A DNA stretch of 64,000 nucleotides, taken from a gamma proteobacterium endosymbiont of Lamellibrachia anaximandri (GTDB taxonomy: Bacteria > Pseudomonadota > Gammaproteobacteria > Chromatiales > Chromatiaceae). The stretch lies in NCBI GenBank assembly GCA_016756855.1, contig JAESPD010000010.1:20468-84467 (forward strand), read 5' to 3'. The notes under the pieces were generated by a model. That model ran no database searches, was not told the DNA's origin, and was given only the letters and a program-made list of their open reading frames with translations. Positions 48,028 to 56,192 of this stretch are shown here, in pieces; within the stretch, counting starts at the first letter, position 1; the number at the start of each line of letters is the position of its first letter. The position numbers and the translations under genes are program-made.

Positions 48028-48057
48028 GTAGGCCCGATCAAGCGTAGCGGATCGGGC
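48028..48057. repeat. REP-like palindromic unit, GTAGGCC type (copy 3 of 3)
   Basis: GTAGGCCCGATCAAGCGTAGCGGATCGGGC, with an internal 8-bp stem GCCCGATC/GATCGGGC. Confidence 0.6.
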
Positions 48058-48106
48058 ATCCAACTACAGGGTTCGGCCCATCTAATGGCACGGCCTCCTT
48101 TAGCCT

Positions 48107-48499
48107 TTAACCTTCACTCCCCCGCCCCAGCAGTTCCGGCTCCTCTCTCGTATAACCAATGGCTGCGAGCTTTTCGAGATAGGCCTGCCAGAGTTCGTCA
48201 TGGAACTTGCCCAGGTTGTAGAGATACTTCCAATCGTAGAGCCCTGTGTCATGGCCATCATCGAAGATGATTTTGACCGCGTAACTGCCCACGGGCTGGA
48301 TATCGGTAATGGAGACGAGTTCCTTGCCGGTCTCCAGTTTTGCCTGTGCCGGGGTATGACCCCTGGTTTCGGCAGATGGTGAGTAGACCCGCAGATATTC
48401 ACAGGGCAGTGAGAAGTGGGCGCCATCGTCGAAGGCGATATCGAGAAAGCGGGACTGTTGATGCACCTTGATGCCGACAGGGCGGGGCTTTTTTTCCAT
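48107..48499 (-). CDS. DUF971-family protein (gamma-butyrobetaine hydroxylase N-terminal-like domain)
   Basis: 130 aa. The LDIAFDDGAHFSLPCEYLRVYSPSAE pattern matches my memory of DUF971. The start overlaps the hemH stop (TAATG). Confidence 0.65.
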   Translation of the reverse strand: MEKKPRPVGIKVHQQSRFLDIAFDDGAHFSLPCEYLRVYSPSAETRGHTPAQAKLETGKELVSITDIQPVGSYAVKIIFDDGHDTGLYDWKYLYNLGKFHDELWQAYLEKLAAIGYTREEPELLGRGSEG

Positions 48500-49542
48500 T
48501 AGTGCTTACCGGTGGTTGATTCAGGCCAGCCTTGTATGTGTTTTTCCACAAGGCCTGACAGCATTTCGATGTGATCGGGTTGTGCGTTGAGGGCGGGAAT
48601 ATATTCATAGGTGCCGCCGCCCGCTTTCTGAAAATAACCCCTGTTCTCCACCGCGATCTCCTCCAGTGTTTCCAGGCAGTCGGCGGAGAATCCAGGACTG
48701 ACCACCTGGACGTGTTCTACCTTTGCCTTGCCCCAGGAGATAAGGGTTTGGTCGGTATAGGGCTTGATCCACTCTTTTTTGCCGAAGCGGGACTGAAAAC
48801 AGAGTTGCCACTGTGAGTCTTTCAGTTGGAGTCTTTCTGCAACCTGTTCGGCGGTGAAACGGCATTCTCTGGGGTAGGGATCGCCGGCGGCGGCATAATC
48901 TTCCGGAATGCCGTGGAATGAGAAGAGCAGCTTTTCTGCCGCACCATGCTGCTCCCTGAAGCGTCGGATAGCGTCCGCCAGCACCTGTATGTAGTCTGCT
49001 TCATGGCCGTAGTGGTTGATGAAGCGCAGTTCCGGCAGTCGCCGCCAGTGTTGCAGTTCGCTTGTCACCGCATCGAAAGTTGAGGCGGTGGTCGTGGCGG
49101 AGTACTGGGGATAGAGCGGCAGCACCAGGATACGCTCGGCGTTTTCAAGGCGCAGGGTTTCCAACCCGTCGGTTATGGAGGGGTTGCCGTAGCGCATTGC
49201 CAGGATGACTTTGACCTTGCTGTCAAACCGTTCGCTGAGTGCTGCCTGCAGTTTGTCCGTCTGTTGCCTGGAGATGTCCAGGAGCGGTGAACCACTCTCT
49301 GTCCAGACCGTACGGTAGGATTCTGCGGAGCGCTTTGGACGGATACGCAAAATGACGCCATGGAGAATGATCTTCCAGAGCAGTCCGGGAAATTCCACCA
49401 CACGGGGATCGCTGAGGAATTCCGCCAGGTAGCGCCGCACATCAGCGGTGGTGGGGCTGTCCGGTGTGCCGAGGTTGGTCAGTAAGATGCCGAGGCAGCC
49501 TGTACCGGGGGGCGCCAGGTCCGAGTGGTTTTTATATTTCAT
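48499..49542 (-). CDS. hemH: Ferrochelatase
   Basis: Start trimmed to ATG 49542 (MKYKNH...). GILLTNLGTPDSPT, PLYPQYSATTT and SFHGIPEDY motifs. Confidence 0.9.
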   Translation of the reverse strand: MKYKNHSDLAPPGTGCLGILLTNLGTPDSPTTADVRRYLAEFLSDPRVVEFPGLLWKIILHGVILRIRPKRSAESYRTVWTESGSPLLDISRQQTDKLQAALSERFDSKVKVILAMRYGNPSITDGLETLRLENAERILVLPLYPQYSATTTASTFDAVTSELQHWRRLPELRFINHYGHEADYIQVLADAIRRFREQHGAAEKLLFSFHGIPEDYAAAGDPYPRECRFTAEQVAERLQLKDSQWQLCFQSRFGKKEWIKPYTDQTLISWGKAKVEHVQVVSPGFSADCLETLEEIAVENRGYFQKAGGGTYEYIPALNAQPDHIEMLSGLVEKHIQGWPESTTGKH

Positions 49543-49700
49543 GGTGTTGATTGTTGTTCGCAGAACTGACTGAGTGTGGGTGCAGACTGCAGGTGGATTT
49601 ATCAAGTGGGAAGACTACACCACTCGACAGTCGACTGAAACCAGATAGCCTAACCGATTCCGATCCTTAGATAGCTTACGACCAGAAACACTGTTTTTTT

Positions 49701-49830
49701 ACCACGAAGAGCACGAAGCACACGCGACTGCATGGATGCAGGAGGTAGAGCAACGCAGGGAGCAGTTGCCGAAAGAATAATTATTGTTAATCAATCTCTT
49801 AACCTTCGCACTCTTCGTGTTCTTCGTGGT
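49701..49830. repeat. Inverted-repeat element built from CACGAAG 9-mers (copy A2) carrying the core repeat as cargo
   Basis: Left arm ACCACGAAGAGCACGAAGCACAC (49701-23) faces right arm GCACTCTTCGTGTTCTTCGTGGT (49808-30). The interior 49724-49774 is the inverted copy of 37831-37880. Confidence 0.6.
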
Positions 49831-49882
49831 TAGATACGGGTTTCCCGACGAATGTTCAATAGATGAGGCCGGGGCAGCCGTT

Positions 49883-50707
49883 TTACACTGCTTTTTTCAA
49901 CAGGTCCGTAAACTCCGGCGTTCTAAGATAACCGTATGATTTATGGTGGATCATTCCCCAGCCATTGATCACCAGATCGTCCCTCACCTTGACCCCATCC
50001 TCGTTTGAGTCGTAGTCGTCTGCGAGATGGGTATCGATGGCTACCGGATCACGCCGGTCTGCAAGGTTGGTCCATTTTTTCACGATGCTGGGGGTGCGCA
50101 CCAGCGGACTCTCTTCACTGATTTTATATTTCACGTGGGGCAGGCCAAGGGGCGAGCCGATGGTCACGAAATGGTCGATTTTGATATTGGGATCCTCCTT
50201 GCCGAGTTGCCGCAGGACATCGTAAGCGATGATGGTACCCATGGAGTGGGCGACCAGCATGATGCGATCCCCTCTGTTGTTGAGAATAACGGTTTTCAGG
50301 CGTTTCCTGAGCGTTTCGCGGAGTTCACTGTCCGTATAGTATTTATGTAGATCCTGCAGTTTTCTCTCCAGTACTTTATCGGCAATCTTATCGATGCCGA
50401 AGAGCGCCTTTGCCGAGTCCCACATTTTACCGTTGATCGACGATGCCTTGGCTCTTACAACGTCCAGCCAGCCGTCATCGTAGCGTTTCAGGGCGCCATC
50501 TTCGGCTTCGTGGTATGCATCGGGGTCTTGGTCAGGTTCGGCATACATGGCATCGGCCCAATAGACCGAGTGAAAATTGAGGGAATCCAGGATGATGCCC
50601 GCATTCTTCCGCAGCCCTTCCAACATGGCTTGTTCCCACCACTCGGCCAGTGTCTCTTCCGGCGGTTTGTTGGCCAGCCCATGAATACCAATGATGATTT
50701 TGCTCAT
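49883..50707 (-). CDS. Putative lipase/esterase-like alpha/beta hydrolase
   Basis: 274 aa. IIGIHGL N-terminus, nucleophile elbow AHSMGT, later DRRDPV and HHKSYGY as possible Asp and His. The family is not recognised precisely. Confidence 0.5.
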   Translation of the reverse strand: MSKIIIGIHGLANKPPEETLAEWWEQAMLEGLRKNAGIILDSLNFHSVYWADAMYAEPDQDPDAYHEAEDGALKRYDDGWLDVVRAKASSINGKMWDSAKALFGIDKIADKVLERKLQDLHKYYTDSELRETLRKRLKTVILNNRGDRIMLVAHSMGTIIAYDVLRQLGKEDPNIKIDHFVTIGSPLGLPHVKYKISEESPLVRTPSIVKKWTNLADRRDPVAIDTHLADDYDSNEDGVKVRDDLVINGWGMIHHKSYGYLRTPEFTDLLKKAV

Positions 50708-50897
50708 GATGTCGATCTCCTTTTTTTGCTTTTCCCGATAAAGAAATATAGTTGCCTGACCATTGATTGCATAGGCTTGTTGTTCAACACGATAGTAATG
50801 TTCAGGGGCGTTCGACGAAGAATCGTCCGTTGGGACAACTACACTACTGCCTGCTATATTCAGATATCCAGAACAAACCTTGTGGGATAACTGAAAA

Positions 50898-51050
50898 GTG
50901 CGCGAGACAGCTGGAGCCGGACATGGCCCTTTGGGTTTTGAGAATCATGGATTCTATAACCTGAACGATGTCTACTGGAATCTGCCTGCCCCGGCGCTGG
51001 TCGAACAGGCAACCGACGAGATTCTGGCAGCAGTGCCGGTTGTGAAGTGA
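50898..51050 (+). pseudogene. pckA: Remnant of the N-terminus of ATP-dependent PEP carboxykinase (pckA)
   Basis: My translation is (V)RETAGAGHGPLGFENHGFYNLNDVYWNLPAPALVEQATDEILAAVPVVK*. The DVYWNLPAPALVEQA...LAA...VV stretch mirrors PckA N-termini (E. coli DIVYNPSYDLLYQEE; Thermus [23 protein letters not shown]). The reading frame stops where the next gene starts. Confidence 0.45.
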
Positions 51051-51553
51051 AAAAACGACTGCCGAGGGTTGGGATCAGCGCCTGTCTCCTGGGTGAAGCC
51101 GTGCGTTACGATGGTCGGCACAAATACGCTGCACAAATCGTCGAAACCCTGTCGGATGTCGTGAGTTGGGTGCCGCTCTGTCCTGAGACAGAAGCTGGCT
51201 TGGGTGCGCCGCGTCCGCCGGTGGAACTGATTGGTTCGCCCGGCAGCTTCCGGGTTGTCGGTGTCGAAGATTCAGGGCTGGATGTCACCACCAGGCTGCT
51301 CGATTTTTCACGAAAAAAGGTACGAAATCTAGGGCGGATCAGCGGTTTTATTCTGCAAAGTCGATCCCCCAGTTGTGGATTGAAAAGCGTCCCATTCAGG
51401 GGGAGTGGCCTGCTGGGCGCAGGGGTGTTTGCTGGTATGCTTAAGCACGAGTTCCCGGAGTTGCCGGTGGCTGAGGATGTGGATCTGGATTCGGCGGCGG
51501 CGCTGGATGAATTTCTGCGGCGTGTCAGGCGATATGACCTGAATCCAAGGTAA
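51047..51553 (+). CDS. DUF523-family protein
   Basis: 168 aa. PRVGISACLLGEAVRYDGRHK is the typical DUF523 N-terminus. GTG start. Confidence 0.65.
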   Translation: MKKRLPRVGISACLLGEAVRYDGRHKYAAQIVETLSDVVSWVPLCPETEAGLGAPRPPVELIGSPGSFRVVGVEDSGLDVTTRLLDFSRKKVRNLGRISGFILQSRSPSCGLKSVPFRGSGLLGAGVFAGMLKHEFPELPVAEDVDLDSAAALDEFLRRVRRYDLNPR

Positions 51554-51666
51554 TAGGAACAATCGAGCCACAGGCTTGTCAATATACGCAATAGGTATGT
51601 CGGCCAGTTTTTCGTGGCATTCGTGAGCCTGACTGCAGTCAGATCGGAAATAATAAAACAGGGGGA

Positions 51667-52059
51667 GTGATGAAAGCTGTTCTATTTGTGTGCGTGGAGA
51701 ATTCCAATCGTAGTCAGATGGCTGAGGCCTTTGCGCGACTGCATGGCAGTAACCATCTGGAGGCATTCAGTGCCGGCTCCAATCCCAGTGGTCAGGTCAA
51801 TCCCAAGGCGATTGCCGCGATGCAGGAGAAGGGTTACGACCTGACGATACACCACTCCAAATCGTTTAGAGATCTGCCCGATGCGCAGTTCGATTTTGTT
51901 ATCACCATGGGATGCGGTGACCGATGTTCCCATATTCCGGCGTTAATCCGTGAAGACTGGGATCTTCCGGATCCCAAAACATTGCCACCGGACGAGTTCA
52001 ACGTGGTTCGGGATGAGATTGAACATCGGGTGTTGGATTTTCTGATGCGGATTAATTAA
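51667..52059 (+). CDS. arsC: Low-molecular-weight phosphatase-family arsenate reductase-like protein
   Basis: CVENSNRS P-loop (CX5R-S) plus downstream GCGDRC cysteines, as in thioredoxin-coupled ArsC. ATG 51670 may be the real start. Confidence 0.7.
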   Translation: MMKAVLFVCVENSNRSQMAEAFARLHGSNHLEAFSAGSNPSGQVNPKAIAAMQEKGYDLTIHHSKSFRDLPDAQFDFVITMGCGDRCSHIPALIREDWDLPDPKTLPPDEFNVVRDEIEHRVLDFLMRIN

Positions 52060-52064
52060 GGGAT

Positions 52065-52288
52065 AGGTAAAAGGCTAAAGGTTAAAGGTTAAAGGACGAA
52101 TTCACAGCCGTTTTCTGATTATGGTTTGATGCGTTTCTGGGTCATTGTAAGATTTTTGTAACCTGTAACCTGTAACCTGTAACCTGTAACCTGGAGCCTG
52201 AACCTGATAGGCGAAAAGAGCCAGGAATGACGAAGAATCTCGATCTGCCTATTTGGTACGGCCACCTTTAACCTTTAGCCTTTTACCT
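52065..52288. repeat. 224-bp MITE-like element with perfect 24-bp terminal inverted repeats
   Basis: AGGTAAAAGGCTAAAGGTTAAAGG (52065-88) is the exact reverse complement of CCTTTAACCTTTAGCCTTTTACCT (52265-88). Fills the arsC-nth spacer. Confidence 0.7.
52158..52205. repeat. Tandem heptamer (GTAACCT)x5 plus two degenerate units
   Basis: Five exact GTAACCT copies (52158-52192), followed by GGAGCCT and GAACCT. Located inside the MITE-like element. Confidence 0.85.
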
Positions 52289-52308
52289 CGAACCTTTAAC
52301 ATTGCCTC

Positions 52309-52941
52309 ATGAACAAAGAAAAACGACAGGCCATTTTCGAGCGCCTGCAGGCGGCTAACCCAAATCCGACCACCGAACTCAACTATCGAACCCCCTTTGA
52401 ACTGCTGCTGGCGGTGATCCTCTCTGCTCAGGCGACGGATAAGGGCGTCAATAAGGCAACAGCGCGCCTGTTTCCTGTTGCCAATACACCAAAGGCGATC
52501 TTCGAACTTGGGGAAACGGGTTTGAAGGTGTACATCAAGACCATCGGCCTGTTCAATTCCAAAGCGAAAAATATCATCCAGACCTGTCGTATGCTGATCG
52601 ATATTCACGACAGTGAAGTGCCGAATGAGCGACAGGCACTGGAGGCGCTGCCCGGTGTTGGCCGAAAGACTGCGAATGTGGTGTTGAATACTGCTTTCGG
52701 ACAGCCCACAATGGCAGTGGATACCCATATCTTCAGGGTTGGGAACCGGACCCGGCTGGCACCGGGAAAGACGCCGCTGGAGGTGGAGAAAAAACTGCTG
52801 CGCTGGACGCCGAAAGCCTTCCTGCAGGATGCCCACCACTGGCTTATTTTGCATGGGCGTTATACCTGCGTCGCCAGAAAACCACGTTGCGGCAGCTGTG
52901 TGATCGAGGACCTTTGTGAATTCAAGGAGAAGACGCCGTAA
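52309..52941 (+). CDS. nth: Endonuclease III
   Basis: HhH-GPD motif LPGVGRKTANVVL, catalytic-Asp context VDTH, and a C-terminal C-X6-C-X2-C-X5-C cluster (CVARKPRCGSCVIEDLC). Confidence 0.95.
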   Translation: MNKEKRQAIFERLQAANPNPTTELNYRTPFELLLAVILSAQATDKGVNKATARLFPVANTPKAIFELGETGLKVYIKTIGLFNSKAKNIIQTCRMLIDIHDSEVPNERQALEALPGVGRKTANVVLNTAFGQPTMAVDTHIFRVGNRTRLAPGKTPLEVEKKLLRWTPKAFLQDAHHWLILHGRYTCVARKPRCGSCVIEDLCEFKEKTP

Positions 52942-52978
52942 ACCTACGGGGTTGAAATCTTTCTTAGGAGTTTTACCA

Positions 52979-53434
52979 ATGCATCGAATTGTGCTCTCTC
53001 TCTTCGCCTTTTTCTTTTTGCTGTCAGCCAGCGTTCAAGCTGGAAACGGCTTGGTAAACGTGCGCAGTCAATTCGGCGTGCAGAAGACCATGGATCGCCT
53101 GGAGAAGACGGTTAAAACGGCTGGCATGCGGGTCTTTGCGCGTATCGACCACGCCAAAGGGGCGGAGAAAATCGGCAAAACGCTTCGTCCGACCCAACTC
53201 CTGATCTTCGGCAGTCCGAAGGCGGGGACTCCCCTGATAAAGAGCGATCAGCGGGTTGGCATCGATCTGCCGCTCAAAGCGTTGGTCTGGAAGGACGCCG
53301 AGGGCCATGTCTGGCTCAGCTATACCCGTCCGGGTTATATGCTCAACCGTTTTGTGATCAAGAATCGACCCAAGGTCAAAGAGAAGATGACCGGTATATT
53401 GGCCAAGTTCGCCCGTGTGGCGACCAGGCCCTGA
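52979..53434 (+). CDS. DUF302-domain periplasmic protein
   Basis: Start moved to ATG 52979, after AGGAG. Signal peptide MHRIVLSLFAFFFLLSASVQA. The LLIFGSPKAGTPL...IDLPLKALVW pattern is typical of DUF302. Confidence 0.65.
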   Translation: MHRIVLSLFAFFFLLSASVQAGNGLVNVRSQFGVQKTMDRLEKTVKTAGMRVFARIDHAKGAEKIGKTLRPTQLLIFGSPKAGTPLIKSDQRVGIDLPLKALVWKDAEGHVWLSYTRPGYMLNRFVIKNRPKVKEKMTGILAKFARVATRP

Positions 53435-53451
53435 TCCGGAATCCCTATTCT

Positions 53452-53880
53452 GTGTTTGGCGGCGATAGAAATCAGATCCGGCAGGTCTTTGTGGATGCCT
53501 GGCAGAAGCGGGTTCAGGGTAAACCGCTGGAGCCACTTGAACAGATGATTGCTGCCGTAGTGGCTGAACATCCTGAATACCATAAACTGCTGGACGACCG
53601 TGAAGCAGCATTGAACCGGGAGTTTCTGCCGGAAGACGGTGAGAGCAATCCGTTTCTGCATATGGGCATGCACATCAGTCTGCAGGAGCAACTTTCCACT
53701 GATCGTCCGAATGGGATCGCCAGACTCTACCAGCGGCTGACCCAACGTATTGGAGATCCCCACGAGGCGGAACACCAATTGATGGAGTGTCTCGCACATA
53801 TGCTTTGGGAGGCGCAGGTCAACAAGCGGATGCCGGATGAGCAGGCCTATCTTGAATGCGTCAAACGCCTTGTTATCTAG
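53452..53880 (+). CDS. DUF1841-family protein
   Basis: 142 aa. RQVFVDAWQK...PLEPLE...HPEYH...NPFLHMGMH pattern, as remembered for DUF1841. Confidence 0.55.
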   Translation: MFGGDRNQIRQVFVDAWQKRVQGKPLEPLEQMIAAVVAEHPEYHKLLDDREAALNREFLPEDGESNPFLHMGMHISLQEQLSTDRPNGIARLYQRLTQRIGDPHEAEHQLMECLAHMLWEAQVNKRMPDEQAYLECVKRLVI

Positions 53881-53988
53881 CCGTTTTATGAGGGATCTGA
53901 GTCAAACTTCATCGCGGCAACAGGGCTTTCAGCGCCGAGATACCCATCAAATTCGGCTCCGAACCAGATAATCAATCAATAGCGTTAA

Positions 53989-54186
53989 ATGGCGAAAACC
54001 AACTACAAGAATTGTACTCTCTGTCGCGTCATGCGTGGTTTTGCCTTTGGCGGATTGGGGGCAGCAATTGCCGGCTATGGTGCCATCTGGTTCGGCGCGG
54101 AGGAGCAGGAAGCCGTGCTCTATGCGCTCTTCGGTGCGATAGCGCTGACCGCATATATGAATCGCAAACGGCCTGAACAAAAATAG
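53989..54186 (+). CDS. Possible small two-helix membrane protein
   Basis: 65-aa ORF with two Gly/Ala-rich hydrophobic stretches. No recognisable homology and a weak ribosome-binding site. Confidence 0.3.
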   Translation: MAKTNYKNCTLCRVMRGFAFGGLGAAIAGYGAIWFGAEEQEAVLYALFGAIALTAYMNRKRPEQK

Positions 54187-54204
54187 AACATACGGAGAGA
54201 TTAC

Positions 54205-55650
54205 GTGAATCAGCTACCTCACTTTCCCCACATGATTGCAGGTGATATCGAGCCGGCAGGTTCCCTGGAGATCACTGCCCCCTACGATCAGTCACCTATT
54301 GCCACCATCGACACGCTGGATGAAAGGGGGGTCGACCAGGCGCTGGCCAAGGCCCACTCCCTGTTTCAGAATCGGGATGGCTGGCTGACGGCCGCCGAGC
54401 GCATCATCATCCTGAGACGTGCCGGTGAGATTATGCAGGAGCGGGCCGAACAGTTGGCTCTGGAGGCGGCGCGGGAAGGCGGCAAGCCACTGCTGGATTC
54501 CAGGGTTGAGGTGGCCCGTGCCATAGACGGCATACAGATCTGCATCGAGACCCTGCGCACAGAGGGCGGTGAGGAGATACCGATGGGGGTGAACGCTGCT
54601 TCCCTGGGACATCTCGCATTTACCCGCCGTGAACCGATCGGGGTGGTGGTGGCGTTGAGCGCGTTCAACCACCCGTTGAACCTGATCGTGCATCAGGTGG
54701 GACCGGCGGTGGCCACTGGCTGTCCTGTGATAGTGAAGCCAGCGGCGGATACGCCACTCTCCTGCATGCACTTCATCGAGATCCTGCTGGAGGCGGGGCT
54801 GCCCGAGGGATGGGTACAGGGCATGGTGACAAGTGACCACAAGGTGGCTACCAAGTTGGTGACCGACCCCCGGGTCGATTTCTTCTCCTTTATCGGTAGC
54901 GCAAAGGTGGGCTGGTGGCTGCGTTCACAGCTCTATCCCGGCACTCGCTGTGCGTTGGAGCACGGGGGAGCGGCACCCGTAATCGTCGCGGCGGATGCGG
55001 ATCTTGATGATGCCATCCCGCTGCTGGCCAAGGGGGGGTTCTACCATGCCGGCCAGGTCTGCGTCTCAGTCCAGCGCGTGTTTGCCCATCAGTCGATTTC
55101 GCGGCAACTTGCCGAGGGCCTGGCACAACAGGGCGCAGCAATGGTGGTGGGCGACCCGGCGCAGGAGGCAACAGCTATAGGGCCTTTGATCCGCCCCCGT
55201 GAAGTGGAACGCATCCATGAGTGGGTGACTGAAGCCGTGCAGGGAGGGGCCGAACTGCTCTGCGGCGGCGAGCCGATCTCAGAGACCTGTTATCCTGCCA
55301 CTGTGCTGCTCAATCCTCCAGCCGATGCGAAAGTCAGTACGTTGGAGGTCTTTGCTCCCGTGATCTGCGTCTACAGTTACGACGACCTCGATGAAGCCCT
55401 CGAACGGGCAAATTCGCTACCCTATGCCTTTCAATCCGCAATCTTCACCAAAAGCCTTGAGACCTCGCTGCGGGCCTACCGTCGCCTCAACGCCTCTGCC
55501 GTGATGGTCAATCAGTTCACTGCCTTTCGCGTTGACTGGATGCCGTTTGCGGGTCTGCGGCAGTCGGGGATGGGGGTTGGCGGCATCCCTCACTCCATGC
55601 GGGATATGCAGGTGGAGAAGATGATGGTGATTCGTTCAACGGAAATCTGA
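54205..55650 (+). CDS. NAD(P)-dependent aldehyde dehydrogenase family protein
   Basis: 481 aa. Catalytic Glu context ALEHGGAAP and catalytic Cys context HAGQVCVSVQR. GTG start after GGAGAG. Confidence 0.85.
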   Translation: MNQLPHFPHMIAGDIEPAGSLEITAPYDQSPIATIDTLDERGVDQALAKAHSLFQNRDGWLTAAERIIILRRAGEIMQERAEQLALEAAREGGKPLLDSRVEVARAIDGIQICIETLRTEGGEEIPMGVNAASLGHLAFTRREPIGVVVALSAFNHPLNLIVHQVGPAVATGCPVIVKPAADTPLSCMHFIEILLEAGLPEGWVQGMVTSDHKVATKLVTDPRVDFFSFIGSAKVGWWLRSQLYPGTRCALEHGGAAPVIVAADADLDDAIPLLAKGGFYHAGQVCVSVQRVFAHQSISRQLAEGLAQQGAAMVVGDPAQEATAIGPLIRPREVERIHEWVTEAVQGGAELLCGGEPISETCYPATVLLNPPADAKVSTLEVFAPVICVYSYDDLDEALERANSLPYAFQSAIFTKSLETSLRAYRRLNASAVMVNQFTAFRVDWMPFAGLRQSGMGVGGIPHSMRDMQVEKMMVIRSTEI

Positions 55651-55791
55651 GTGATTCCTGATTTCGCGCAATAGCCAGTTGATGCAAACGGGTTTAATCT
55701 TTAAGTAGAGACAGCTTGATCGGACCGTATTGATACGGTCTGGTTGAAGGTAGTAGGCGGTCGCTCAATTAAAATAACAGGGGAGTTCAAT

Positions 55792-56190
55792 ATGTCGATG
55801 ACTTGGGTAGTTGCAGCAGATGCAAGCCGCGCCAGAATTTTTTCAGTAGAAAAGTCCGCCGGGTCTTTGCAGGAGATCCAGACGCTAAGCCACCCTGAGG
55901 CACGTCTGCATGAAGGTGATCTAATTTCTGACAAACCTGAAGGGGAGCCGGATGAACACAAGCAGGACGGTGCCGATCGTTTTGCCGCGCATGTATGCGC
56001 CACTCTTGAAGCGGGTCGTAAAACCGGTGAATTTCGCAAGCTCTATCTGCTAGCGGCCCCCGCTTTTCTCGGCATGCTGCGTAAGCATGAAAGTGATTCC
56101 CTGAAACAGATGATTCTCGGCGAGGTTGATAAAAACCTCGCGGCAATGGATCCGGCACAGATCAGGAAACATCTGCCCGAATATCTCTGA
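55792..56190 (+). CDS. Host-attachment-protein family protein
   Basis: Start moved to ATG 55792, after GGGGAG. TWVVAADASRARIF ... FAAHVCATLE ... LYLLAAPAFLGMLRK pattern of the Host_attach family. Confidence 0.6.
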   Translation: MSMTWVVAADASRARIFSVEKSAGSLQEIQTLSHPEARLHEGDLISDKPEGEPDEHKQDGADRFAAHVCATLEAGRKTGEFRKLYLLAAPAFLGMLRKHESDSLKQMILGEVDKNLAAMDPAQIRKHLPEYL

Positions 56191-56192
56191 CG

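Noticed and set aside
52158-52205. Possible CRISPR array or phase-variation tract
   Set aside because: These are contiguous 7-nt units with no spacers and no cas genes, so this is not a CRISPR array. The tract lies outside any coding region, so classical frameshift phase variation does not apply. I kept it only as a microsatellite inside a repeat element.
52249-52854. 201-aa minus-strand ORF
   Set aside because: Antisense to nth, and its C-terminus runs into the MITE-like repeat. This is a shadow ORF.
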